DNA of 56,867 bases from a virus (IMGVR_UViG_3300031774_000017:1-56867), one strand, 5' to 3'. Positions 27,468-37,638 are shown, counted from the stretch's first letter. Notes: generated from the letters alone by a model not told the origin. A program made the numbers and translations.

Positions 27468-28781
27468 ATGGCAAAAGAAAAAACACAAGATTCATCTATA
27501 GAAGTTAAAGATATAGGTGAAATTAATCCTGAAACAGTAACACCTGCTAAAAAAGAAGCTGCAGTTTTACAAAAAGCAGTTGATGAAGGTAAGGTAGCCC
27601 CTGAATATGGATTACAAGAAGATGGAGTTTATAAAGTTAATTTAGATAAACCTCCCGTTCCTAAAGAGGAAATAAAAGAAGAAGTTAAAAAGGAAACAAA
27701 AGAGGAAACAAAAGATGCCGTTCAAGAGCAAGAAACAGGAAACATTCCTGAAGATAAATTATCCGACAATATACAAAAAGTGGAGGAAGAAGTACGGGCT
27801 GTTCAAGAACCGGAAATAAAAGAAGAAACTTCAGAATCTCCTTTAGAATTAGTTAATGATGAGAAAGATAACATTGACGAGAAACGAATGGATGGAAAGC
27901 CTCAAGCTACCAAACCCATATCGGAACAAAAAGAAATATTACAGGAAGAAAAAACACAAGAACTTCCTGAAGGAATAGATAAACTTGTACAGTTTATGCA
28001 AGAAACTGGAGGAACAGTAGAAGATTATGCAAAACTAAATAGAGACTATTCTAAAATAGATAACGTAAGTCTTATAAAAGAATATTACGAATACACTAAA
28101 CCACATCTAAATCAAGAAGATATTCAATTTTTAATGGATAAAAAATTTGCTTATGATGTGGAGGCGGATGACCCGTCTGACGTAAAAGCTAAGCAATTAG
28201 CTTTTAAAGAAGAAGTATTTAATGCACAAGAACTTCTAAGAACAACTAAGGATAAATATTATAATGATCTTAAGTTAAAATCAAAACAAAATAATATTCC
28301 TAAAGAGTACGAAGAAGCTATAAATTTTTATAATACTTCTAAGCAATTTGAAGAACAAAATAACTTAGCCAAAGAAAGTTTTTTAAAAGAAACTAAAAAA
28401 GTTTTTAACGAAGAATTCAAAGGTTTTGATTTTAAGGTAGGAGAAAACAAATATCGATTTAAGATAGATAATCCCGGTAAAGTTAAAGAGTCTCAATCAG
28501 ATATATCTAATTTTTTAAATCTGTTTACAGATGAAAAAGGTGGCATGCAAAACATGCAAGGATATCATAAAGCTTTATTTACTGCACAAAATGCGGATAA
28601 AATAGCAAATCACTTTTATGAGCAAGGCCGTGCTGATGCAATAAAAGAATCTGCTAGAAAAGCTAAAAATATAAATATGGATCCAAGGCAAGAAGGTGCT
28701 ACTATAACATCTAATAGTGGAGATAGGATTAGAGTTGTTTCTGGAGATTCGTCTGATAAGTTGCGAATTAAATGGAAATAG
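27468..28781 (+). CDS. Putative capsid scaffolding protein
   Basis: Acidic N-half, helical C-half with HFYEQGRADAIK; between portal and MCP. Confidence 0.7.
   Translation: MAKEKTQDSSIEVKDIGEINPETVTPAKKEAAVLQKAVDEGKVAPEYGLQEDGVYKVNLDKPPVPKEEIKEEVKKETKEETKDAVQEQETGNIPEDKLSDNIQKVEEEVRAVQEPEIKEETSESPLELVNDEKDNIDEKRMDGKPQATKPISEQKEILQEEKTQELPEGIDKLVQFMQETGGTVEDYAKLNRDYSKIDNVSLIKEYYEYTKPHLNQEDIQFLMDKKFAYDVEADDPSDVKAKQLAFKEEVFNAQELLRTTKDKYYNDLKLKSKQNNIPKEYEEAINFYNTSKQFEEQNNLAKESFLKETKKVFNEEFKGFDFKVGENKYRFKIDNPGKVKESQSDISNFLNLFTDEKGGMQNMQGYHKALFTAQNADKIANHFYEQGRADAIKESARKAKNINMDPRQEGATITSNSGDRIRVVSGDSSDKLRIKWK
27715..27819 (+). CDS. Overprinted small basic protein MPFKSKKQETFLKINYPTIYKKWRKKYGLFKNRK (+1 frame of scaffold)
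   Basis: Manually translated 34 aa; matches recalled MPFKSxxQ...P...W small phage protein pattern. Confidence 0.55.
   Translation: MPFKSKKQETFLKINYPTIYKKWRKKYGLFKNRK
27856..27978 (+). CDS. Overprinted small basic protein MMRKITLTRNEWMESLKLPNPYRNKKKYYRKKKHKNFLKE (+1 frame of scaffold)
   Basis: Manually translated 40 aa; NKKKYxRKxKHK tail. Confidence 0.5.
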   Translation: MMRKITLTRNEWMESLKLPNPYRNKKKYYRKKKHKNFLKE

Positions 28782-28803
28782 TTTAACTTAAAATCAAAAC
28801 ATT

Positions 28804-30399
28804 ATGGCTTTTACAAGCGGAATTCCGGCTGCATTACAACCGACTCAAACAAAGACGTTGTACTCCGGAAACTACATTGATTTCACAAATACAAATTTTG
28901 ATCAATGGACACAACAATTTTTACCAGATGTATACGAAAAAGAAGTTGAAAGATATGGAAACAGATCAATCGGTTCTTTCTTACGTATGGTATCTGCGGA
29001 GATGCCTTCTACTTCAGACCAAATTATTTGGACTGAGCAAGGCAGATTACATACTAGATATGTAAATGTAATTCCAAGAGGAACTGCGGGCGCTATGCCT
29101 GTTGCTGGTGGTGGACAAGCGGTTATCGCTGCTGCTGGAGCATCAGGTGGTGTACTTAACTTTGAAGTACCAACTACGCAACCTGCAAGTTTAGGAGTTA
29201 GCCCAGCTACTCAAACACAACAAGTTAACTTTAAAATAGGACAAACTGTAATGGTTCAAGTTCAAACAAATGCTACTTCAGCAGTTGGTGGAACTGGCGC
29301 TGTTATTAAAGGAGTTTGTACTAATGTTGGAGTTGGTGGTGGTGGTACTACTGGTGGTCAAATGTTCCAAATCCAAGCTTATGAAGCTCACGGTGGAGTA
29401 TTAGCTGCTGAAAGAGTAACTGCAATTTGCTATGGATCTGAATTTGCTAAAGGTACAGGAAACTTTACCGATAGCTTAGACCCAGGGTTTGCTACATTTA
29501 CTAACTCACCAATTATATTAAAAGAAAACTATCAAATCAGTGGATCTGACACAGCTCAGATTGGTTGGATTGAAGTTACTTCTGAAAATGGTGCTAGTGG
29601 ATATTTATGGTATATAAAGTCTGAACATGAAGTACGACTTAGATGGGAAGACTGGTTAGAAATGTCAATGGTTGAAGGTGTTAAATACACTGCTGGAGGT
29701 GCTGCAATTACATTAGGTACTTTCGGTGGACCATTAGCTGCTCAAAATGCAAGAGGTACTGAAGGATTCTTTTCTGCATTAGAATCAAGAGGAAACGTTT
29801 ATACTGGATTTGGTGGCCAAGCTGCTGCTGGTGCAGGTAACGGTGGACTTACAGATTTTGATGCTGTACTTAAGCAATTAGACAAGCAGGGATCAATTGA
29901 AGAAAATATGCTTTTCTTAAACAGAGAGCTATCTTTAGAAATTGATGACATTCTTGCAATGCAAAATGGTAATTATGCTGCTGCTGCTGGGCATTCTAAA
30001 GGTACTTCTTATGGAGTATTTAACAACAGTGCAGACATGGCTCTTAATTTAGGGTTTACTGGATATAGAAGAGGTTCTTATGACTTTTACAAAACTGACT
30101 GGAAATACTTAAATGACTGGTCAACTCGTGGAGGTTTTGGTGATGTTGAAGGCGTATTAGTTCCTGCTGGAACTTCTACTGTTTATGATCAACAATTAGG
30201 TCAAAACATCAAAAGACCATTCTTACACATCAGATATAGAGCATCAGAAACTGAGAACAGAAAAAACAAATCTTGGATTACAGGATCTGTTGGAACTGAT
30301 TCACCAAGTTCTGATATCGATATCATGAAAGTAAATTACTTAAGTGAAAGATGTCTTATCACTCAAGCTGCTAATAATTTCGTATTATTTAAAGCTTAA
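28804..30399 (+). CDS. Major capsid protein
   Basis: QQFLPDVYEKEVERYGNR, IWTEQGRLH, GTEGFF, GYRRGSYDFYKTDWKYLND; highly expressed-type codon bias; followed by hairpin. Confidence 0.9.
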   Translation: MAFTSGIPAALQPTQTKTLYSGNYIDFTNTNFDQWTQQFLPDVYEKEVERYGNRSIGSFLRMVSAEMPSTSDQIIWTEQGRLHTRYVNVIPRGTAGAMPVAGGGQAVIAAAGASGGVLNFEVPTTQPASLGVSPATQTQQVNFKIGQTVMVQVQTNATSAVGGTGAVIKGVCTNVGVGGGGTTGGQMFQIQAYEAHGGVLAAERVTAICYGSEFAKGTGNFTDSLDPGFATFTNSPIILKENYQISGSDTAQIGWIEVTSENGASGYLWYIKSEHEVRLRWEDWLEMSMVEGVKYTAGGAAITLGTFGGPLAAQNARGTEGFFSALESRGNVYTGFGGQAAAGAGNGGLTDFDAVLKQLDKQGSIEENMLFLNRELSLEIDDILAMQNGNYAAAAGHSKGTSYGVFNNSADMALNLGFTGYRRGSYDFYKTDWKYLNDWSTRGGFGDVEGVLVPAGTSTVYDQQLGQNIKRPFLHIRYRASETENRKNKSWITGSVGTDSPSSDIDIMKVNYLSERCLITQAANNFVLFKA

Positions 30400-30409
30400 T
30401 TTTAACTAT

Positions 30410-30446
30410 AGGATACGGGCTCTTCGGAGCCCTATATCCTTATTTT
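30410..30446 (+). terminator. Hairpin after MCP (cUUCGg tetraloop)
   Basis: AGGATA-CGGGCTC-TTCG-GAGCCC-TATATCCT then T-rich tract. Confidence 0.75.
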
Positions 30447-30459
30447 ATATTATTTTATT

Positions 30460-31239
30460 ATGACAACACAAACAAAACCAAGAAGTTCTGTAACCGAAAT
30501 GGAAAAAAATTGGGTATATAAAGACAGAACTTATGTATTAACAGGACAATATGCACCTGTATCTTATACAATACAAACAAAACATACTCCTCGTAAACCA
30601 TTAATGTGGTTTGATGAAGGGTTAAAAATGAATAGAGAAATAAGATTAGCAAATAATCAAAAGTCTTTATTTGTAGATGAACAAGAAGGATTTGTTACAT
30701 TAACTCATGTAATGTTTCAAGATGGAACACTTATGGTTCCTCGTTCAGAAGTATCTATGCAAAAACTTTTATCTATTTATCATCCTTTAAAAGATAAAAA
30801 ATGGACTGAAGTTGATACTGCTAAAAAAGCTGCAGATGAAATTGATACTTTAGAATTTGAATTAGAAGCATTAACATTAGTAAAAGAGTTAGATATAGAA
30901 CATTTAGAAGCTATTATGAGAACTGAATTAGGTAGTGCAGTTGCTTCTATGTCATCTAAAGAATTAAAACGTGACGCTTATAAATTTGCACAACGTGAAC
31001 CTGCTTTATTTATAGAATTATCAGAAGATGAAGATATTAAATTAAGAAATTTAGCTAATAGAGCGGTCGAACAAGGCATAATTAATTTAACTGAAGATAA
31101 TACAGTATTTAAATTTGCAAACGGCAAAAAAATAATTACTGTACCATTTGATCAACATCCTTATGGAGCATTAGCTCAGTATTTTAAAACTGACGATGGC
31201 GTAGATCTAATGAAATCATTAGTTAAAAAGCTCAACTAA
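30460..31239 (+). CDS. Conserved protein downstream of MCP (259 aa)
   Basis: ORF; position in head module. Confidence 0.8.
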   Translation: MTTQTKPRSSVTEMEKNWVYKDRTYVLTGQYAPVSYTIQTKHTPRKPLMWFDEGLKMNREIRLANNQKSLFVDEQEGFVTLTHVMFQDGTLMVPRSEVSMQKLLSIYHPLKDKKWTEVDTAKKAADEIDTLEFELEALTLVKELDIEHLEAIMRTELGSAVASMSSKELKRDAYKFAQREPALFIELSEDEDIKLRNLANRAVEQGIINLTEDNTVFKFANGKKIITVPFDQHPYGALAQYFKTDDGVDLMKSLVKKLN

Positions 31240-31245
31240 GCTTAT

Positions 31246-31277
31246 AGGATATAGGGCGAGAAATCAGCCCTATATTC
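31246..31277 (+). terminator. Hairpin related to the post-MCP hairpin (GAAA loop)
   Basis: GGATATAGGGC-GA-GAAA-TC-A-GCCCTATATTC; weak T-tract. Confidence 0.55.
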
Positions 31278-31298
31278 ACTAATTATAATAACATATAA

Positions 31299-32015
31299 AT
31301 GATTAATATTAACAACGTATATCAAACAGTTCTTATTTTAGCAAATAAAGATAACAGAGGATATATTACACCTGATGAGTTTAATAGAATGGCTGATCAA
31401 GCACAAAACGAAGTATTTGAAGCATATTTCGCAAGAGATGCATCTTATCAAGCGGCTGGTGGAATTCAAAGTGATTTTTCAAATCCTGTATCTAATATTG
31501 CTGAAAGAGTAAATTTGTTTTATAAAAGTGCTACACCAACTATTTCAAATGATATTTTTCCATACCCAGATGATTTAAGACAATTAGGTGTGGTTAGTGT
31601 AGATGAAAGGGTTGCAGATAAAGTTACTCATGAGCATGTTAAATATATTAATCTTTCCCCCTTAACTTATCCCGTTAAAACACAACCAGTATATACTGTA
31701 AATGCAACAGGTATAACAGTATATCCTACAACTGTTACAACGGGGGTTAGAATGGAATACTTAAAAAATCCAACAAGACCAAAATGGGGATATGTATTAC
31801 AAGGTACTATACCTTATTATGATAGCACTCAATTTGATCCTTCAACGGATAGTTATGATACACCGGCAAAATCTTATAATTTTGAATTAGATTCATCTGA
31901 ATTTCCAGAATTAGTTGTAACAATATTAGGTTATGCTGGATTAACAATTAAGCAAGGTGATGTAACAGGATTTGCACAAGGCAGAGAAGTACAATTTCAA
32001 CAAACTGAACAATAA
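31299..32015 (+). CDS. Head-tail ring/adaptor protein
   Basis: ILANKDNRGYITPDEFNRMA...YLKNPTRPKW...FELDSSE pattern of crAss-like ring proteins. Confidence 0.7.
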   Translation: MININNVYQTVLILANKDNRGYITPDEFNRMADQAQNEVFEAYFARDASYQAAGGIQSDFSNPVSNIAERVNLFYKSATPTISNDIFPYPDDLRQLGVVSVDERVADKVTHEHVKYINLSPLTYPVKTQPVYTVNATGITVYPTTVTTGVRMEYLKNPTRPKWGYVLQGTIPYYDSTQFDPSTDSYDTPAKSYNFELDSSEFPELVVTILGYAGLTIKQGDVTGFAQGREVQFQQTEQ

Positions 32016-32938
32016 TGGCAATATCAAGAAAACCTTTAGACGTAGATAATTATTCTGCATTAGACGGCGGTAATGGTACCGCTGTGCCGGGTTACTACAG
32101 AAGAACCAATTTAAATGATATAATTAATAATTTTATGGTAGCTTATGTAGGTGATGATAAAATTCTTAATAAAGTACCTCGATATGAAGTTGCATTTTGG
32201 GGTCAAAAAGCAGTTCAAGAATTTAGTTATGATGTATTTCATTCTGAAAAAGCAATTGAAATACAATTAAGTTCTTTACGCCAAATGTCTTTACCCTCTG
32301 ATTATGTAAACTATGTAAGATTATCTTATACAGATAAGTCTGGTATTGAAAGAACAATTTTACCTAGCGGTACAACTCACGCAAATCAAGGCGTAGCACA
32401 AGATGAAAATTATCATTATCTTTATGATCAAGAAGGTAATGTAATTTACGCACAAGAATCTGAAACTATACAAAGATGGCAAAATGCAGAAAACCATGTA
32501 GACACCGAAGAAGCTTTAAATTATTATAGTGGATATTATGATTTTGATGATTTTGGATATTATGGCCGTAGGTACGGATCAACACCACAATTTCAAAATA
32601 CAAATGGAAGCTTTGTGTTAGATTTAGATGCCGGCCAAATTTATTTTGATTCAGTAATTCCTCAAAATACTTATGTTACATTAAGATATATATCTGATGG
32701 GTTAGGTAATAATGGTGATTTTGATAATGTATTTGTACCTAAAATGGCTGAAGATGCTGTTATGTCAACTATATTATATAATTTATCTAAAATAAGAACA
32801 AGAGCAAGCGGAGCTGCGGGTCTTTATAAACAAGAAGCAGCTGCTAAAATGCGAAATGCTAAGATTAGATTATCTAATATGAAAGTACAAGAAATGACTA
32901 ATATTTTCCGTAATAAAGCTAAGTGGATTAAACATTAA
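32015..32938 (+). CDS. Tail ring/tubular protein
   Basis: LPSDYVNYVRL, LRYISDG, VPKMAEDA, RNAKIRLSN; position before muzzle gene. Confidence 0.7.
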   Translation: MAISRKPLDVDNYSALDGGNGTAVPGYYRRTNLNDIINNFMVAYVGDDKILNKVPRYEVAFWGQKAVQEFSYDVFHSEKAIEIQLSSLRQMSLPSDYVNYVRLSYTDKSGIERTILPSGTTHANQGVAQDENYHYLYDQEGNVIYAQESETIQRWQNAENHVDTEEALNYYSGYYDFDDFGYYGRRYGSTPQFQNTNGSFVLDLDAGQIYFDSVIPQNTYVTLRYISDGLGNNGDFDNVFVPKMAEDAVMSTILYNLSKIRTRASGAAGLYKQEAAAKMRNAKIRLSNMKVQEMTNIFRNKAKWIKH

Positions 32939-32947
32939 TATAATTTT

Positions 32948-35900
32948 ATGCCAGAAATAAAAAGAGCGTTTAATGTCGGCAAAATGAGCCGAGATTTAGA
33001 TGAAAGAATAGTACCGGCAGGAGAATATCGAGAAGGCTTAAATATAAATATAGGTCAATCAGAAAGTTCTGATGTAGGGGCTATAGAAAATTTATTAGGT
33101 AATAAGCTTGTTACTGTTACCGGATTAACAGGTGGAACTTGTATTGGGTATGTAAGTGATTCTAATTCTGAAAAAATATATTTCTTTGTAACCACTAACT
33201 CTATATATAATGAAACTAATACAGGTAATCATGGTATATTTGAATATGATCAAAAAACAAATCAAACTACTGGATTATTAGTTTCTCCACAATTAAACTT
33301 TCACACATCATATCCCATTACTGGAGTTAATATTGTTGATGATCTTTTATTTTTTACTGATAATAGAAATGCTCCAAGAAAAATTAATGTTGTTACAGCA
33401 AGAAATAATACAACTTATTATGGGGCAGCAGTAGATATTGATAATTTAATTTCTGTATGTAAGTTTGCACCTTATGAATCACCAACTCTTGTTACAGCAA
33501 CAAAGGAATCAAGTATTTCTTCTAACTTTATGCAAAATAAGTTAATAAGATTTTCTTATAGATGGCAATTTGAAGATAATGAATATAGTACTTTAGCTCC
33601 ATTTACACCTATTTGTTTTTCAAGATTAAATGAAACAGATACTATAAATACTAGCTTAAGCGATTTTGGTGAAATAGAAACTTTTGTTAATGCAATTAAT
33701 CAAGTACAATTACAAGTTCCTACACCTGTAGGTTATGGTATAAAAAATGTAGAGTTAATATATAAAGAGTCAGGAAGTCCTTCCTTATATGTTGTTCAAG
33801 ATCAAGAGGTTACAACTGAGCCATTTGTAAACTTTACATATTCATCAACTGATCCATTTAGAACATTACCATCTGATCAGTTAACAAGAGTATACGATGC
33901 TGTTCCTATAAAAGCACAATCACAAGAAGTTGCTGGAGGTAGATTAGTTTATGGTAATTTTTTACAAAACTTTGATATACCAAATATAGCTTTTTCTGTA
34001 GAAAGAACAGGCGAAACATCTGCAAGAAATACTGTTTTAACAAATCAATCTGTTAAATCAAGAAGAACTTATCAAGTAGGTATTGTATTAGCCGATAAAT
34101 TTGGTAGACAATCACCGGTTATATTATCAAGTTCTGGAACAGACACAGTTTTTGTAGATCCAAACACTGGTGATTCCAGTAGTACTACAGCATTTAATGC
34201 TTTAAGAATTACTTTTACTGATACAACTCAAATACCTAGCTGGGCATATTCATATAGAGTTGTTGTAAAACAAAGAGAACAAGAATATTATAATTGGATT
34301 TCAGTTGTTTCAGGTGCAAATACAGTAAAAAGATTAGGTGACAGTATAAATAAAATACCAAGAGATCAAGATGCGGTTATACCACCTAGTACATCAGCAA
34401 CTATTTCACCTTGTGATGTTTCTGTATTTCCTAAATTTTTAAATAATGGTAACGTATATACAACACCACAAGCAAATTTAACAAAAGTACAATCAATTGG
34501 CAACCCTTCAGGTGATGCTTTAGTTACTACTTTAGATAATGCAGGTAATGCCGTTACATCTGGATTATGTGTTTTTGAGACTGAACCTGTTACAACTGAA
34601 TTAGATATATTTTATGAAACCGCAACTGGTGGTTTAGTTAATGAAATACCTAATCAAGCAATTGATATAGACTTTTTTAATTGTATATTGTTATCTTTTG
34701 ATGTAGTACCTAATGCACACATTGAAGTGAACCGCATTAGGGCTGGTTTTAATGAACCTTTTTTTGATGTAGGTGTAAAAGCATTTGCAGTAAAAGAAAA
34801 CTTCACACAGGAGAGAAGATTTAATAGCTTAATTCATTCAAGTGGACTACTTAATTCAAGAACTGGTATAAATTATATTAATCAATTTAATGATTCAGCC
34901 GGTGGATTAACAATATCTCTTGACCCATTAAATGGATCTATACAAAAACTTTTTGCAGACGATACAAAAATAAATATATTTCAAGAAGATAAAGTTTCTT
35001 TTTCTCCTATTGATAAAGATTTTATTTATTCAGCAGAAGGTGGGGCTATGCCTGTAACTAGTAATACACAATTTTTAGGTACAGTGGCTGCTTATCCAGG
35101 TTTATATGGTATTTCAAAAGATCCTCAATCTTTTACATCCTATGGATTTTCACAATATTTTACAGATAAAAATAGAGGAGCAGTTTTAAGATTAAGACAA
35201 AATCAAATACAAGAAATTTCACAAGTTGGAATGGCTGACTTTTTTAGAGATGCTTTAAAACAATCTACATCTGTTATTGGTTCTTATGATGAATATAGTA
35301 AAATATATGAATTAACATTAGTTGGTTCTGGGTTTGACAGTAATGAAGATACGAATGTTGCAACTGCTTCCGACGGTTATTTAACTGTAGCTTTTGATGA
35401 TAGATCTTCAGGTTGGACAAGTTTTAGATCGTTTAAACAAGAGGGTGGATTATCTTTAAATAATAATTATTATACTTTTAATGGTGGTCAGATGTGGCAA
35501 CACCATAATGATACAGTAACTAGAAATAATTTTTATAATGCTGGAACTGCTGAATCATATGTAATACCTATATTTAATGATGCACCATCTTTAGTAAAAC
35601 AATTTAATACATTAAGCTATGAAGGTGATAGTGGATGGCAGTTAGATTATATTGAAACAGATATTGATAGCTGTGGGGTATTACCGGTAACAGCTAATAC
35701 ATTTAATACAACTTTACAATTATCCGGAGCAGCACCTAATTCTATTTTTAATGGTGCTAATACAGTAACAGCTAAGCCAACAGTGAATGTTACCTGGGCT
35801 ATATTTGTATCACCACTTAGTTCACAATTTAAATTTAATAATGTTAACGATGTGGTATTAACACCTGCAGCTGGAAGTAATTTAATTGTTAATAATCCAA

Positions 35901-36925
35901 CAGCTATAACAGATCTTGATGCAGGTGGTAAATTAGTATTTTTAATACAGCATACTACAGGTAATTCTGATACTGTTCAAACTTTAAATATAACAGGTAA
36001 TGGTGCAGCTCTTGCATTTACTGTTGCTTTATTAACTGTAAATACAATTGATACAATTGCGTTTTCTGCATTAACGCCAGCATCACAAGTATTTAATAAT
36101 GCTGGTCCAAATAATATAGTATTCTCTACAGCAGCATTTAGTAATTATTATATAGATCAAACTAATATAACTATAAATACAACTAATATGCCTGCTTCAA
36201 CAAATGTGGGTACACCTACAAATGCTAGAAACGGTGATAATTTAACTTATACTATTCCAGTAACAGTACCAACCTTAGCAACCGCTGGTATTATTACAGT
36301 TGGTGGAACAGCTACATTAAAACCACAGCTTACTTGGGCTGTTATAGGTTCTCCTGGTGTCTTAGCAACACCGTCTGGGACTCTTGCTGGTACAGCATAC
36401 TATATTTCACCTTTTGATGCAATTACTAGAAGGTTTGCAACTATTACTTATACAGTAAGTGCAACAACAAAAGTTTTATTATTAGATGCTTATAGCGCTA
36501 CTTATAATGTAGCTAATACTATAATAACAAAAACTCAATCCAACCAAGATGGTGTTTTAGTTTTAAATGTTCAATTACCAGTTATAATGTCTGACACTAC
36601 AGCTACAGCTACAATTACAGGAGCTGGAGAAGTAACAGCAACACTTGGTGCTGTACCCGCAACACAAGCATTAAATGCAGGAGGAACTGTTGTAACTATA
36701 AGTAATACATGGACCGTTGATATTAGTATTACCCCTAGTATTTCTTGGTTAAAAATAAATGGTGTATTTGGAGTTGGTATAGCAGACCCAACACAAACAT
36801 TCACTATAAGTGCTGATCCTAATACAACTGGAAGTTCTAGATCAGGAACTGTTGTTATAGCAACTACTAATACAAGAGTAACAGGAATAAGCTCTCATGC
36901 AATAACCGTAACACAAGCAGGATAA
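32948..36925 (+). CDS. Tail muzzle/stabilisation protein (P22 gp10-like) with C-terminal Ig/BACON-like extension
   Basis: GKMSRDLDERIVPAGEYR, LLFFTDNRNAPRKIN, YGISKDPQSF, YFTDKNRGAVLRL, FNTLSYEG; ends SWLKI...NTTGSSRSGTV...ITVTQAG. Confidence 0.8.
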   Translation: MPEIKRAFNVGKMSRDLDERIVPAGEYREGLNINIGQSESSDVGAIENLLGNKLVTVTGLTGGTCIGYVSDSNSEKIYFFVTTNSIYNETNTGNHGIFEYDQKTNQTTGLLVSPQLNFHTSYPITGVNIVDDLLFFTDNRNAPRKINVVTARNNTTYYGAAVDIDNLISVCKFAPYESPTLVTATKESSISSNFMQNKLIRFSYRWQFEDNEYSTLAPFTPICFSRLNETDTINTSLSDFGEIETFVNAINQVQLQVPTPVGYGIKNVELIYKESGSPSLYVVQDQEVTTEPFVNFTYSSTDPFRTLPSDQLTRVYDAVPIKAQSQEVAGGRLVYGNFLQNFDIPNIAFSVERTGETSARNTVLTNQSVKSRRTYQVGIVLADKFGRQSPVILSSSGTDTVFVDPNTGDSSSTTAFNALRITFTDTTQIPSWAYSYRVVVKQREQEYYNWISVVSGANTVKRLGDSINKIPRDQDAVIPPSTSATISPCDVSVFPKFLNNGNVYTTPQANLTKVQSIGNPSGDALVTTLDNAGNAVTSGLCVFETEPVTTELDIFYETATGGLVNEIPNQAIDIDFFNCILLSFDVVPNAHIEVNRIRAGFNEPFFDVGVKAFAVKENFTQERRFNSLIHSSGLLNSRTGINYINQFNDSAGGLTISLDPLNGSIQKLFADDTKINIFQEDKVSFSPIDKDFIYSAEGGAMPVTSNTQFLGTVAAYPGLYGISKDPQSFTSYGFSQYFTDKNRGAVLRLRQNQIQEISQVGMADFFRDALKQSTSVIGSYDEYSKIYELTLVGSGFDSNEDTNVATASDGYLTVAFDDRSSGWTSFRSFKQEGGLSLNNNYYTFNGGQMWQHHNDTVTRNNFYNAGTAESYVIPIFNDAPSLVKQFNTLSYEGDSGWQLDYIETDIDSCGVLPVTANTFNTTLQLSGAAPNSIFNGANTVTAKPTVNVTWAIFVSPLSSQFKFNNVNDVVLTPAAGSNLIVNNPTAITDLDAGGKLVFLIQHTTGNSDTVQTLNITGNGAALAFTVALLTVNTIDTIAFSALTPASQVFNNAGPNNIVFSTAAFSNYYIDQTNITINTTNMPASTNVGTPTNARNGDNLTYTIPVTVPTLATAGIITVGGTATLKPQLTWAVIGSPGVLATPSGTLAGTAYYISPFDAITRRFATITYTVSATTKVLLLDAYSATYNVANTIITKTQSNQDGVLVLNVQLPVIMSDTTATATITGAGEVTATLGAVPATQALNAGGTVVTISNTWTVDISITPSISWLKINGVFGVGIADPTQTFTISADPNTTGSSRSGTVVIATTNTRVTGISSHAITVTQAG

Positions 36926-37164
36926 TGGCAAACTTAGTAACATTTCCTTTTCAAAATAAAGAAGGAAAATATTTTGCACCTATTAGTTGTTCAGAACCAG
37001 ATTACATTGTTGTAAATGGAACTATACAAGCTAATGGAGACAAAATAACAAGTGGATTAAAAGGAGCATATGCTACTGTTAAATTAACTTTACCAGTAGC
37101 TAATGCTTCTACAAAAAAAGAACTTTTTGCTTTAAATACTTTAGCAGTAAATTCTTCAAGTTAA
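36925..37164 (+). CDS. Small protein resembling the detached C-terminus of the muzzle protein
   Basis: FQNKEGKYF...GLKGAYATVKL...KELFAL...SS; TAATG coupling. Confidence 0.7.
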   Translation: MANLVTFPFQNKEGKYFAPISCSEPDYIVVNGTIQANGDKITSGLKGAYATVKLTLPVANASTKKELFALNTLAVNSSS

Positions 37165-37188
37165 ATACAATCAATTAAATTTTATTTT

Positions 37189-37638
37189 ATGTTAAGAGTA
37201 AGAAAATTATTAGAATCAGATTGGAAATTTTTACCAACCTGGTGGGACAAATATGATCAAGAACCTTGGATTCATACAGAAAATTTTAGAGATATTATGC
37301 CTGGATCTTTTTTAATAGGCCAATACAATACTAAAAGAGCTGGATTAGGTGGCTTTATGGTGTGTAAAGATAATCATCCAATTGCGGCAATGTGGCTTGG
37401 ATTAACAAATTCACATTGTGCATTACCAACTGCCGCAATATCAGATCCTGATTATAGAGATACAGACAGAAAAGAAGCTATACAATTATTAGTAAATTTT
37501 GTTACAGATTTTGCTAAAGATTTAGGATTTAAATATTCATTTGGCTGGGCTCAAGAAGGGTACATGCTTGATTATTATTTAAATGCAGGATATGAAAAAT
37601 GGGATAAACCATCTTATGAACTCATAAAAAAATTATAA
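37189..37638 (+). CDS. GNAT-fold-like protein in virion module
   Basis: VRKLLESDW, LLVNFVTDFAKDLGFK, YYLNAGY pattern. Confidence 0.55.
   Translation: MLRVRKLLESDWKFLPTWWDKYDQEPWIHTENFRDIMPGSFLIGQYNTKRAGLGGFMVCKDNHPIAAMWLGLTNSHCALPTAAISDPDYRDTDRKEAIQLLVNFVTDFAKDLGFKYSFGWAQEGYMLDYYLNAGYEKWDKPSYELIKKL

Noticed and set aside
28877-29065. +1 ORF inside the major capsid gene
   Set aside because: Short, and highly expressed genes avoid ATA so +1 frames open by chance; no recognisable features
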